DNA from: an uncultured Acidimicrobiales bacterium
Lineage (GTDB): Bacteria > Actinomycetota > Acidimicrobiia > Acidimicrobiales > SZUA-35
Direction: 5' to 3'
DNA length: 62,159 bases
NCBI GenBank assembly: GCA_938009905.1
Contig: CALLGK010000021.1
Span: 1 to 62,159 of the forward strand
The notes below the pieces were generated by a model. It searched no databases and was not told the DNA's origin. It saw only the letters and a program-made list of their open reading frames with translations. The position numbers and the translations under genes were made by a program. Positions 20,981-29,416 of the stretch are shown here, piece by piece (within the stretch, counting starts at the first letter, position 1; each line of letters begins with the position of its first letter).

Positions 20981-21021
20981 ACTACATGAGAACCGGACGC
21001 GTACTTGCTTATCTTTGAGTC

Positions 21022-22338
21022 ATGAGCTCTTCTGCACCTGACGCACTCGACATCAAGCCCGCCTCCGGCAAGCTGGGCGTGTTGACCCCCGGGATGGGAG
21101 CCGTGGCGTCCACGTTCATCGCTGGTGTCTTGCAAGCACGAGCAGAAGGAACACCGCCGCTGGGGTCGGTCAGCCAGATGGCCCACATCCGCCTCGGCAA
21201 GAAGGAAGACAACCGCGCCCCGCTCATCAAGGACTTCGCGCCGCTTGCGACCCTCGACGACATCGTGTTTGGAGGCTGGGACCCCATCTCGGCCAACGCG
21301 CTCGAAGCAGCCCGTACGTGCGGCGTGCTCGAAGAGAAGGACCTTGCCCCGATCTCCTCAGAGATGGAAGGCATCGTGGCGATGGAGGCGGTGTTCGACC
21401 AGAAGTGGGTGAGCCGTCTTGAGGGAACCCGCGTCAAGAAGATCGACAACAAGTGGGACCAGGCCATGGCGCTCATGGCCGACATCGAGAACTTCCGCAC
21501 CGAAAACGGCTGCGACCGCCTCGTGATGGTGTGGTGCGGATCAACTGAGGCCTTCCAAGAGCCGTCCGCTGTGCACGAGACCGTTGCTGCATTCGAACAA
21601 GGTCTCAAAGACAACGACGACAACATCTCGCCGAGCCAGATCTACGTGTATGCGGCGTTGCAGTCTGACGTGCCGTTCGCCAACGGTGCGCCGAACCTGT
21701 CGACCGACCTTCCCTGCATGATCGAACTGTCTGAGACTCGCGGCGTGCCGATTGCCGGCAAGGACTTCAAGACGGGCCAGACCCTCATGAAGACCCTGAT
21801 CGCTCCTGGCCTCAAGGCCCGCATGCTTGGGCTCCGTGGTTGGTACTCAACCAACATCCTCGGCAATCGCGACGGTGAGGTGCTTGACGCCCCCGAGAAC
21901 TTCAAGACCAAGGAAGAATCCAAGCTCGGCGTGCTGCACACGATCCTGCAGCCAGATACCTATCCAGACCTCTACGGCAACGTCGACCACGTCGTGCGGA
22001 TCAACTACTACCCGCCTCGTGGTGACAACAAAGAGGGTTGGGATGCCATCGATATCTTCGGCTGGATGGGGTACCCCATGCAGATCAAGATCGACTTCCT
22101 GTGTCGTGACTCGATCCTGGCTGCGCCGATCGTGCTCGACCTTGCGCTGTTCATGGACCTGGCCCACCGCGCCGGCCAGTCGGGCGTGCAGGAATGGCTG
22201 AGCTTCTATCTGAAGGCGCCACAGGCACGGGGCGAAGCAGATCCAGAGCAAGACCTCTTCATTCAGCAGACAAAGCTGAAAAACACGCTGCGTGAGTGGA
22301 TGGGCGAGTCACCGGTCACCCACAGCGAGGCGGGCTGA
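21022..22338 (+). CDS. ino1: Inositol-3-phosphate synthase
   Basis: GMGAVAST, FGGWD, GKDFKTGQT, NILGNRDG, PRGDNKE, RDSILAAP. Confidence 0.93.
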   Translation: MSSSAPDALDIKPASGKLGVLTPGMGAVASTFIAGVLQARAEGTPPLGSVSQMAHIRLGKKEDNRAPLIKDFAPLATLDDIVFGGWDPISANALEAARTCGVLEEKDLAPISSEMEGIVAMEAVFDQKWVSRLEGTRVKKIDNKWDQAMALMADIENFRTENGCDRLVMVWCGSTEAFQEPSAVHETVAAFEQGLKDNDDNISPSQIYVYAALQSDVPFANGAPNLSTDLPCMIELSETRGVPIAGKDFKTGQTLMKTLIAPGLKARMLGLRGWYSTNILGNRDGEVLDAPENFKTKEESKLGVLHTILQPDTYPDLYGNVDHVVRINYYPPRGDNKEGWDAIDIFGWMGYPMQIKIDFLCRDSILAAPIVLDLALFMDLAHRAGQSGVQEWLSFYLKAPQARGEADPEQDLFIQQTKLKNTLREWMGESPVTHSEAG

Positions 22339-22424
22339 CCCGAAGGGTCTGCCCGGCGAGCGAGCGCCAATGCGGAGCATTGGTGAGCAGCCCGGAGGGC
22401 TGCCCGAGGCCGGATAGCGCCGGC
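22337..22424. repeat. Cluster of C-GNA-G triloop mini-hairpins (MIRU/REP-like element)
   Basis: gaccc-GAA-gggtc, ccaatgc-GGA-gcattgg, gcagccc-GGA-gggctgc in series after the ino1 stop. Confidence 0.6.
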
Positions 22425-22555
22425 TAGGTCGTCTCACCCAACGACGTTACCGGGGGACGGTTTCCCAGGTCAGACCCGCGACTCAACGTCGACCTTCGGC
22501 GTCTGACCACTACAAGCGTGACAACTCGCGCTTGAAACAAGGGGAAAGGTTCACC

Positions 22556-23290
22556 ATGAATCCCAAAGCACTTGGTGCCGAATTCATCGGCACGTTCTGG
22601 CTCGTTCTCGGAGGGTGCGGCGCTGCCGTACTCGCTGCAGACTTTGGAACCGGCGGCAACGGCACAAGCCTCGGCCTCGGGTTCCTTGGCGTCAGCTTGG
22701 CGTTCGGTCTCACCGTCGTCACCGGCGCATATGCACTCGGCCCGATCTCGGGCGGACACTTCAACCCGGCCGTCACACTCGGCCTCGTGGCTGGCGGACG
22801 CTTCGAAGCGGCCAAGGCCGTTGGTTACATCGTCGCCCAGGTGCTCGGCGGTCTCGCTGCAGCGGCTGTGCTCTACGCCATTGCTTCCGGCAAGGCCGGT
22901 TGGGAAATCGGCGAAGGCGCCGGTGCCTTTGCGTCCAACGGCTACGGCGACTTCTCACCCGGTGGCTACTCGCTTGCTTCTGCCTTCCTGACCGAGGTCG
23001 TCATGACCGCCATGTTCCTCATCATCATCCTTGGGGCAACCGCCAAGAAGGCATCGCCCGCCATGGGTGGCCTGGCCATTGGCTTGGGTCTCGTTCTGAT
23101 CCACCTCATCTCGATTCCGGTGACGAACACCTCGGTCAACCCTGCTCGATCAACAAGCCAGGCGATCTTCGCCGGTACAGATCAGATCGGTCAGCTGTGG
23201 CTGTTCTGGGTGGCTCCGATCGTCGGTGGCATCATCGGTGCGCTCATCTACCGCGGTGTGCTGGGCGACAACGAAGACGTCGTCGTCTGA
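22556..23290 (+). CDS. aqpZ: Aquaporin Z
   Basis: [36 protein letters not shown] (two NPA motifs). Confidence 0.95.
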   Translation: MNPKALGAEFIGTFWLVLGGCGAAVLAADFGTGGNGTSLGLGFLGVSLAFGLTVVTGAYALGPISGGHFNPAVTLGLVAGGRFEAAKAVGYIVAQVLGGLAAAAVLYAIASGKAGWEIGEGAGAFASNGYGDFSPGGYSLASAFLTEVVMTAMFLIIILGATAKKASPAMGGLAIGLGLVLIHLISIPVTNTSVNPARSTSQAIFAGTDQIGQLWLFWVAPIVGGIIGALIYRGVLGDNEDVVV

Positions 23291-23411
23291 GCTGTCGTTT
23301 GACACTCCATTGCAAATTGCTCGGCCGGTCAGCCCTCTGAGTCGCCCCCTCTGACCGAAGCCGAGATCGTGTTTGGTGCATCCATGGGTTTGTGACTACC
23401 GTCACAAGCTC

Positions 23412-24167
23412 ATGGATGTTCCCGTTTTCTCGGAGGTTGACAAGGCCACCAGCCCCCGTACATGGCTTCTCGTTCCAAGCTTTTTGCTTGGGCCAGAGAC
23501 CTGGCGTGATGTGGGCAAGGTGCTTGAGATGCTCAAGCAATCCTGCGTGATACCGCATCCTTCCCCTACGACGCCTCGCCACGATGATCACATCGCTCCA
23601 TGGCTTGTCGAAGTCCTCGATGCGGTGCCAGAACCAGACCCTGATCGTCCGATCGTTGCGGTGGGGCATTCGGCCAGCTGTCCTCGGATGCCACTCGTGG
23701 TCGACGCACTGCTCGAGGTCGGCCATCAAGTTGAAACCATGATTTTGGTGAACGGGCGATTCCCTGAAGACCAAGTGGTGCCAACCGATCGCGACTTCCC
23801 GCTGCGTGACACCCTCGATCAGCTCGTTCGCCCAGACGACTATCTGCCACCTTGGCATCGCTGGTGGGGCCCAATGGTCGAAGACATGCTGCCAGACGAC
23901 GAGGCCCGCAGCCGGGTGCTGTGCGAGGCCCGTCCTGTGCCGCGAGCAATCTTTGAGCAACCCATTCCGGCCCCGAAACTGCCGTCCGAGGTCGGCGTCG
24001 GGTTTCTCGCGATGGGCGAGATGTATCAGCCGTCCTACGACGAAGCTCGCAGCCAAGGTTGGGCGATCGCTCAGATCGACGGCGAGCACTTGCACATGGT
24101 CGTCGACCCTGTGTTGGTCGCCGGCACCCTGATGTCGCTCGTCAGTCAGGCCAGACGAAAAACCTGA
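23412..24167 (+). CDS. Alpha/beta-hydrolase fold protein
   Basis: PSFLLGPETW, VGHSAS nucleophile-elbow-like motif, GEHLHMVVDP; start uncertain. Confidence 0.65.
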   Translation: MDVPVFSEVDKATSPRTWLLVPSFLLGPETWRDVGKVLEMLKQSCVIPHPSPTTPRHDDHIAPWLVEVLDAVPEPDPDRPIVAVGHSASCPRMPLVVDALLEVGHQVETMILVNGRFPEDQVVPTDRDFPLRDTLDQLVRPDDYLPPWHRWWGPMVEDMLPDDEARSRVLCEARPVPRAIFEQPIPAPKLPSEVGVGFLAMGEMYQPSYDEARSQGWAIAQIDGEHLHMVVDPVLVAGTLMSLVSQARRKT

Positions 24168-24206
24168 GCCGTCCAAACGCTGCCGCTCCTTCCCTACGCT
24201 GACCCC

Positions 24207-24986
24207 GTGGCAGCAGAACGATTCCCCGATGCAGTGCGCGACGCACTCGCTGCCGACGTTGCGTCTGGCGACGAACTAACCGTTCAACAACTCGACAACG
24301 GCCGGGGTCAGCAGTGGATGCTCGACACCCACTGCATTTCGCTGGCGTCTGCCGATGACGAACGACTCGACGGACGAGCGTCTCGCTTGCGATGGCTCGA
24401 CGGTCGGTTTGCTGCTCCACGGCTGTTGCTCGACCACACAGACGAGCAGGGCCGCTGGCTCGTCACCTCGCGTCTCGCCGGTGAACCCGCTGACCGGTTT
24501 GAAGCGCTCGGCGACATCCAAGGTTTGGTTGAGCTGCTCGGTCGATCGCTGCGGGCCCTCCATGATCTCGATACAGACGGCTTCCCGTTTGCAGCCGGCT
24601 GGGAGGCGGTTCGCGCCGACGTGGAACGTCGACGCGACCGAGGCGACATCGACCCAACGACGCTGCCTGAGCCCTACTGCCGCTACGACGCCGATCGGCT
24701 CGTTGAGCTCTGGAGCGAAGGTCGGCCAACCGCATCGGAAGACCTCGTGGTCTGCCACGGTGCGCCCACGATGACGAACTTCATCGTCGATGGGCCGAAC
24801 CTGTCTGGGCTTGCCAACGTCGACGATCTCAGGCTTGCTGATCGGCATCTCGATTTGGCGGTGATTCATCGCAGTCTGCACGAGACGCTTGGTGGTGAGT
24901 CACCGTTGATCTTCTTTGACGCCTACGGGCTCGACCCTGGCCTGGTACAGCTCGATCATTACGTGCTCGCCGACATGTTGCGATGA
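24207..24986 (+). CDS. APH(3')-like phosphotransferase-fold protein with degenerate active site
   Basis: RLRWL, WLVTSRLAG, LRALHDL, DLVVCHGAPTMTNF, ADRHLDLA; HGD replaced by HGA. Confidence 0.75.
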   Translation: MAAERFPDAVRDALAADVASGDELTVQQLDNGRGQQWMLDTHCISLASADDERLDGRASRLRWLDGRFAAPRLLLDHTDEQGRWLVTSRLAGEPADRFEALGDIQGLVELLGRSLRALHDLDTDGFPFAAGWEAVRADVERRRDRGDIDPTTLPEPYCRYDADRLVELWSEGRPTASEDLVVCHGAPTMTNFIVDGPNLSGLANVDDLRLADRHLDLAVIHRSLHETLGGESPLIFFDAYGLDPGLVQLDHYVLADMLR

Positions 24987-25927
24987 CGGCACAACACTTC
25001 GAAACACCGCTCGTCGTGATCGGGCCAACGGCGTCCGGCAAGTCGGCGCTCGCGCTTGCTGTCGCTCAGCAAACCAACGCCGAGATCGTTTCGGCCGATG
25101 CGATGGCGGTCTACCGGGGCATGGACATCGGTACGGCCAAGCCGTCAATCGAAGAACGCCGCTTGGTGCCTCATCACCTCGTCGACGTCGCTGAGCCAGC
25201 TGACGACTTCACGGTCTCGCTGTTCAAAGAGCTGGTCGATGAAGCCTTGGCTGACATCGCTGCTCGAGGTCGGCCCGCGGTTCTTGTTGGCGGCACGGGC
25301 CTCTACGTGCGCGCCATCATCGATGACTTGACCTTGCCAGGGCAGTTTCCCGAGGCCGCGGCCGAGATCGAGAAAGAACCAGACACCCACGCTCTGTGGC
25401 GACGACTTGAAGGACTCGACCCCGCGGCCGCAACGAAGATGGAGCCCACGAATCGTCGTCGCATCGTCCGTGCCCTGGAAGTGTGTGTTGGGTCTGGCAA
25501 GCCGTTCTCGTCGTTCGGGCCGGGCCTCGAGGCCTACCCAACGGTGCCGTTCGTGCAGGTAGGTATCGAGATCGACCGCACGGTGATGGACGAGCGCATC
25601 AATGCTCGGTACGACGCGCAGATGGTGGCTGGTTTTCTCGACGAGGTTCGGCAGGTGAACGCCCATCCGGTCGGGCGCACGGCGTCGCAGGCGTTGGGAT
25701 ACCGGGAGCTGATGGCCCACCTGGCCGGTGAGGTCGACCTGGCAACCGCGCTCGATGAGGCGAAAACCAGAACCCGCCGATTCGCCCGCCGGCAACAGCG
25801 CTGGTTTCGGCGTGACCCTCGCATCACCTGGTTTCCAAACGATGCGGACGATCTGGTCGAGCAGGTCGTTGATCATTGGAAAAACGGGGGGACTGTGGCT
25901 CAAGAGGTGCGAGACTCGTCATCTTGA
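24983..25927 (+). CDS. miaA: tRNA dimethylallyltransferase
   Basis: GPTASGKS, SADAMAVYRGMDIGTAKP, VGGTGLY, TRRFARRQ. Confidence 0.96.
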   Translation: MTAQHFETPLVVIGPTASGKSALALAVAQQTNAEIVSADAMAVYRGMDIGTAKPSIEERRLVPHHLVDVAEPADDFTVSLFKELVDEALADIAARGRPAVLVGGTGLYVRAIIDDLTLPGQFPEAAAEIEKEPDTHALWRRLEGLDPAAATKMEPTNRRRIVRALEVCVGSGKPFSSFGPGLEAYPTVPFVQVGIEIDRTVMDERINARYDAQMVAGFLDEVRQVNAHPVGRTASQALGYRELMAHLAGEVDLATALDEAKTRTRRFARRQQRWFRRDPRITWFPNDADDLVEQVVDHWKNGGTVAQEVRDSSS

Positions 25928-26730
25928 TCTCTCTCACCAAGCACCACGGGCTGGGCAACGACTTTCTGATTGCGATCGACCCGCCACGTCCGCTGACGGC
26001 CGACGACGCCATCGCCTGGTGCGATCGTCGTCGTGGCATGGGCGCCGACGGCCTCATCGAAGTCACATCGAACAACGACAACGATGACGCCGCACAGTTG
26101 TGGTCCATGACGTTGTTCAACGCCGACGGATCGAAGGCGGAAATCTCCGGCAACGGCATCCGCTGTGTCGGTCAGGCCATTGCTGATTCGCTCGGGGTCG
26201 CTGGCGAACACAGCGCGTTGATTCGAACCGACGCGGGGCTCCGCACGGTCCACGTGCGGGCGAGCGACGGAGGAACCACTCGCCAAGTGCGGGTCGACAT
26301 GGGCTCGGCCGGCGAAGGCCCAGCGCACTCTGACGCCTGGGCCACGCTCGGTGTGTGGGTCGACAATCAAGCCGGTCTCGATCTCGGCAACCCACACCTC
26401 GTTGCGCTTGTCGACGATCCGATGGCCATCGACATGGGCCGAATCGGGCCGGTGGTTGAAGCCGACTATCCCGACGGCCTCAATGTTCACGTGGTTCGGG
26501 TCGACAATCCGAGCACCGTGACGATGAACATTTGGGAACGAGGAGTCGGACTGACCGAGGCCTGTGGATCGGGTGCATGCGCAGCCGCTGCCGCCACGCA
26601 CAGCTGGGGCCTGACCGAATCGATTGTGAAGGTCAACATGCCTGGCGGCTCTGCCGAAGTCGAGGTTGGCGACACGATCTTTCTCACCGGCCCGGCGACG
26701 CTCGTCGGCGAGGTGGTCATTCGTGGGTGA
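25924..26730 (+). CDS. dapF: Diaminopimelate epimerase
   Basis: KHHGLGNDF, GADG, NADGS.AEISGNGIRC, GNPH, WERGVGLTEACGSGAC; TTG start overlapping the miaA stop. Confidence 0.92.
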   Translation: MISLTKHHGLGNDFLIAIDPPRPLTADDAIAWCDRRRGMGADGLIEVTSNNDNDDAAQLWSMTLFNADGSKAEISGNGIRCVGQAIADSLGVAGEHSALIRTDAGLRTVHVRASDGGTTRQVRVDMGSAGEGPAHSDAWATLGVWVDNQAGLDLGNPHLVALVDDPMAIDMGRIGPVVEADYPDGLNVHVVRVDNPSTVTMNIWERGVGLTEACGSGACAAAAATHSWGLTESIVKVNMPGGSAEVEVGDTIFLTGPATLVGEVVIRG

Positions 26731-28150
26731 ACGGCTCGACCTGTGGACCGACCCAGAGGAACTCGACCCCGAAAACGGCAAGAGCGCCGCAGCGACGGAA
26801 GAAGAAGACTCCCACCGCGGTGCGTTTGGCGAGTTCGGTGGCCGCGACGCCTTTGATGGCGAGGCCGGCTTTCTTGACCGGAGCTTCCGGGAACGCATCG
26901 TTCTTGTTGGCATGACACGCGACGGCAACACCGAAGCAGCCACCCAAGCCTCGCTTGACGAACTCGAACTGCTCGTAGACACCGCCGGTGCCGACTCGCT
27001 CATTCGCATCACCCAAAGGCGTGATCGCCCCGACCCGGCCACATTTGTTGGCAAGGGCAAGGTCGATGAGATTCTGCGAGCGGCGAAAGCCATCGACGCC
27101 GACACCGTGGTGTTCGACGACGAACTCACCCCGGCCCAGCAGTTCAACCTCGAGCGGTTGCTCGGGCGCACCGCACTCGACCGCACCGCCGTCATTCTCG
27201 ACATCTTCGCTCAGCACGCCACCTCAACCGAGGGTAAGACTCAGGTCGAGCTGGCTCAGCTTCGCTACAACCTGCCCCGTCTGCGCGGCAAGAAGAACTT
27301 CAGCCAGCAGGGCGGTGGTATCGGTACTCGAGGCCCTGGTGAAACCCAGCTCGAAGTTGACCGACGCCGTCTCGTCCGCCGGATGCACAAGCTCGAGCAC
27401 GAGCTCAAAGGCATCTCGGCTCGGCGTTCAAACCAACGCAAGGCCCGTCACCGGTCGCCGTACAAGACCGTGTCGATCGTGGGCTACACAAACGCCGGCA
27501 AGTCGACGCTGCTTCGAGCGATGACCGGCGCCGAGGTGTTGGTCGAGGATCGCCTCTTCGCCACGCTCGACCCGACAACCCGCAAGTTCCAGCTTCCCGG
27601 CGGCGAGCAGATTCTGCTCACCGACACCGTCGGCTTCGTGAAGAAGTTGCCCCATCAGCTGGTTGAGGCGTTCAAGTCGACGCTCGAGGTTGCCGCCGCG
27701 GCCGATCTGTTGATCCACGTGGTCGATGGAGCTGGGCATGATCCGGATGCTCACGTGATGGCCGTTCGCGAGGTGCTTCGCGAGATCGGTGCAGACGAAG
27801 TTCCCGAGCTCATTGTGTTCAACAAGGCCGACCTGCCTGGGCCGGAAGGCGATCCCAATCCCGTGCCTCGGCTGGTAAAGCTCAATCCCGGTTCGGTTGG
27901 TGTGTCTGCTCATACCGGCGCAGGCATCGACGACTTGCAGCAGGCCATCACCGACGCCCTCCATGAGTTGTCGAGCCCCTACGAGCTCTTCGTGCCCTGG
28001 GCCCGAGGCGATGCGTTGGCCGCCGTACATCGCGAGGGCGACGTGACCGAGGAGCACCCGGGTGACGACGGAATGAAGCTCATTGCTCGTCTCGAGGATG
28101 CGTCGGCCAAACGCCTCTCTGAGTTCATCGTGGCCCGCATTCAGACCTGA
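26723..28150 (+). CDS. hflX: Ribosome-splitting GTPase HflX
   Basis: GGGIGTRGPGETQLE, VGYTNAGKST, LFATLDPT, DTVGF, NKAD. Confidence 0.96.
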   Translation: MGERLDLWTDPEELDPENGKSAAATEEEDSHRGAFGEFGGRDAFDGEAGFLDRSFRERIVLVGMTRDGNTEAATQASLDELELLVDTAGADSLIRITQRRDRPDPATFVGKGKVDEILRAAKAIDADTVVFDDELTPAQQFNLERLLGRTALDRTAVILDIFAQHATSTEGKTQVELAQLRYNLPRLRGKKNFSQQGGGIGTRGPGETQLEVDRRRLVRRMHKLEHELKGISARRSNQRKARHRSPYKTVSIVGYTNAGKSTLLRAMTGAEVLVEDRLFATLDPTTRKFQLPGGEQILLTDTVGFVKKLPHQLVEAFKSTLEVAAAADLLIHVVDGAGHDPDAHVMAVREVLREIGADEVPELIVFNKADLPGPEGDPNPVPRLVKLNPGSVGVSAHTGAGIDDLQQAITDALHELSSPYELFVPWARGDALAAVHREGDVTEEHPGDDGMKLIARLEDASAKRLSEFIVARIQT

Positions 28151-28197
28151 TTCGCCGTTTGTTCTGACCGGGCACTTGTTCTGCCACACTGTCGGGC

Positions 28198-29373
28198 GTG
28201 TCAACTGAGCTTCCAGCCCCATACGTTCCGCCGCCCTACCCCTACGACCGGCTGATACCGATGCGCGAGCTGGCTGCGTCGCACGATGGCGGCGCCGTTG
28301 ATCTCTCGATCGGTTCGCCATCAGACCCGCCACCGGCTTCAATCATTCGGGCCCTGAGCGAATCGAACGCTGAGCGGGGCTATCCGCCATCGATCGGCAC
28401 CCCTGAGTTTCGTGAGGCGGCAGCTACCTGGCTCAACTCGGTGGCCGGAACGTCCATCGAAGCGGCAGATGTGGCTGCCACGGTTGGATCAAAAGAAGTT
28501 GTGGCTGGCATGCCTCACTGGTTGAAGCTGCGCCGCCCAGACCTCGACACAATTCTGTTTCCCGCCATCAGTTATCCCAGCTACGAGATGGGTGCCGACC
28601 TCGCCAACTGCCGGGCCGTACCCGTGCCGGTCGACGACCAGTGGCGAATCAACCTCGATGCCATCGACCCGGCGGACGCCGCCCGAGCACTCTGCTTGTG
28701 GGTGAACACGCCAGGCAATCCGGCCGGTGGTATTGACGACCTGGAAGCAGCTGCGGCGTGGGGTCGGGCCAACGGCGTTCCGGTGCTGTCAGACGAGTGC
28801 TACATCGAGTTCACGTGGCAAGGAAAGCCGCGCTCGATCCTCGAACACGGCAACGACGGGGTGCTTGCGGTCCATTCACTCTCGAAGCGTTCGAACCTTG
28901 CCGGAGCCCGAGCCGGGTTCTTCGCTGGCGACGCCGACCTCGTCTACTACCTGAGCGAGGTGCGAAAGCACAGCGGCATGATCCCGGCTGGTCCGGTGCA
29001 GTCAGCTTCCGTTGTGGCCTTCCAGGACCAGACGCATGTCGATGATCAGCGAGAGCTCTACCGGCGGCGGCTCACCCGCATGATCGACATTCTCGCCAAC
29101 ATCGGTGTGGAGGCTCCCATGCCAGGTGGTGGCTTCTATCTCTGGGCACCCGCGCCAGACGGTGATGCTTGGGCCCTCACCGAGCGCCTCGCCCGCGATG
29201 GCGGCGCCGTCGTGAGCCCCGGTGAGTTCTACGGAGTTCAAGGTGCAGGACATGTCCGCATCGCGGTGGTTCAGTCAGACGCCGCGCTTGATCTCGTGGC
29301 CGAACGTCTAGCTGCTACGCAGCGGAGCAGTGTCAGAGGGTTGCGTAGCGGAGCGGAGCAGCGGCTTGCTTGA
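28198..29373 (+). CDS. dapC: Succinyldiaminopimelate transaminase (class I/II PLP aminotransferase)
   Basis: DLSIGSP.DP, GSKE, NTPGNPAG, SDECY, HSLSKRSNLAGARAG; near dapF/dapE. Confidence 0.85.
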   Translation: MSTELPAPYVPPPYPYDRLIPMRELAASHDGGAVDLSIGSPSDPPPASIIRALSESNAERGYPPSIGTPEFREAAATWLNSVAGTSIEAADVAATVGSKEVVAGMPHWLKLRRPDLDTILFPAISYPSYEMGADLANCRAVPVPVDDQWRINLDAIDPADAARALCLWVNTPGNPAGGIDDLEAAAAWGRANGVPVLSDECYIEFTWQGKPRSILEHGNDGVLAVHSLSKRSNLAGARAGFFAGDADLVYYLSEVRKHSGMIPAGPVQSASVVAFQDQTHVDDQRELYRRRLTRMIDILANIGVEAPMPGGGFYLWAPAPDGDAWALTERLARDGGAVVSPGEFYGVQGAGHVRIAVVQSDAALDLVAERLAATQRSSVRGLRSGAEQRLA

Positions 29374-29411
29374 GACCCGGATGGGCGAAGCCTGACCTGC
29401 GGAGCAGGTCA
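29313..29411. repeat. Second cluster of C-GNA-G mini-hairpins and inverted repeats, overlapping the dapC 3' end
   Basis: gctacgcagc...gttgcgtagc arms, repeated GCGGAGC, ggc-GAA-gcc, tgacctgc-GGA-gcaggtca. Confidence 0.55.
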
Positions 29412-29416
29412 CAGTG

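Noticed and set aside
24207-24986. Functional aminoglycoside resistance gene
   Set aside because: The catalytic and Mg-binding aspartates are substituted.
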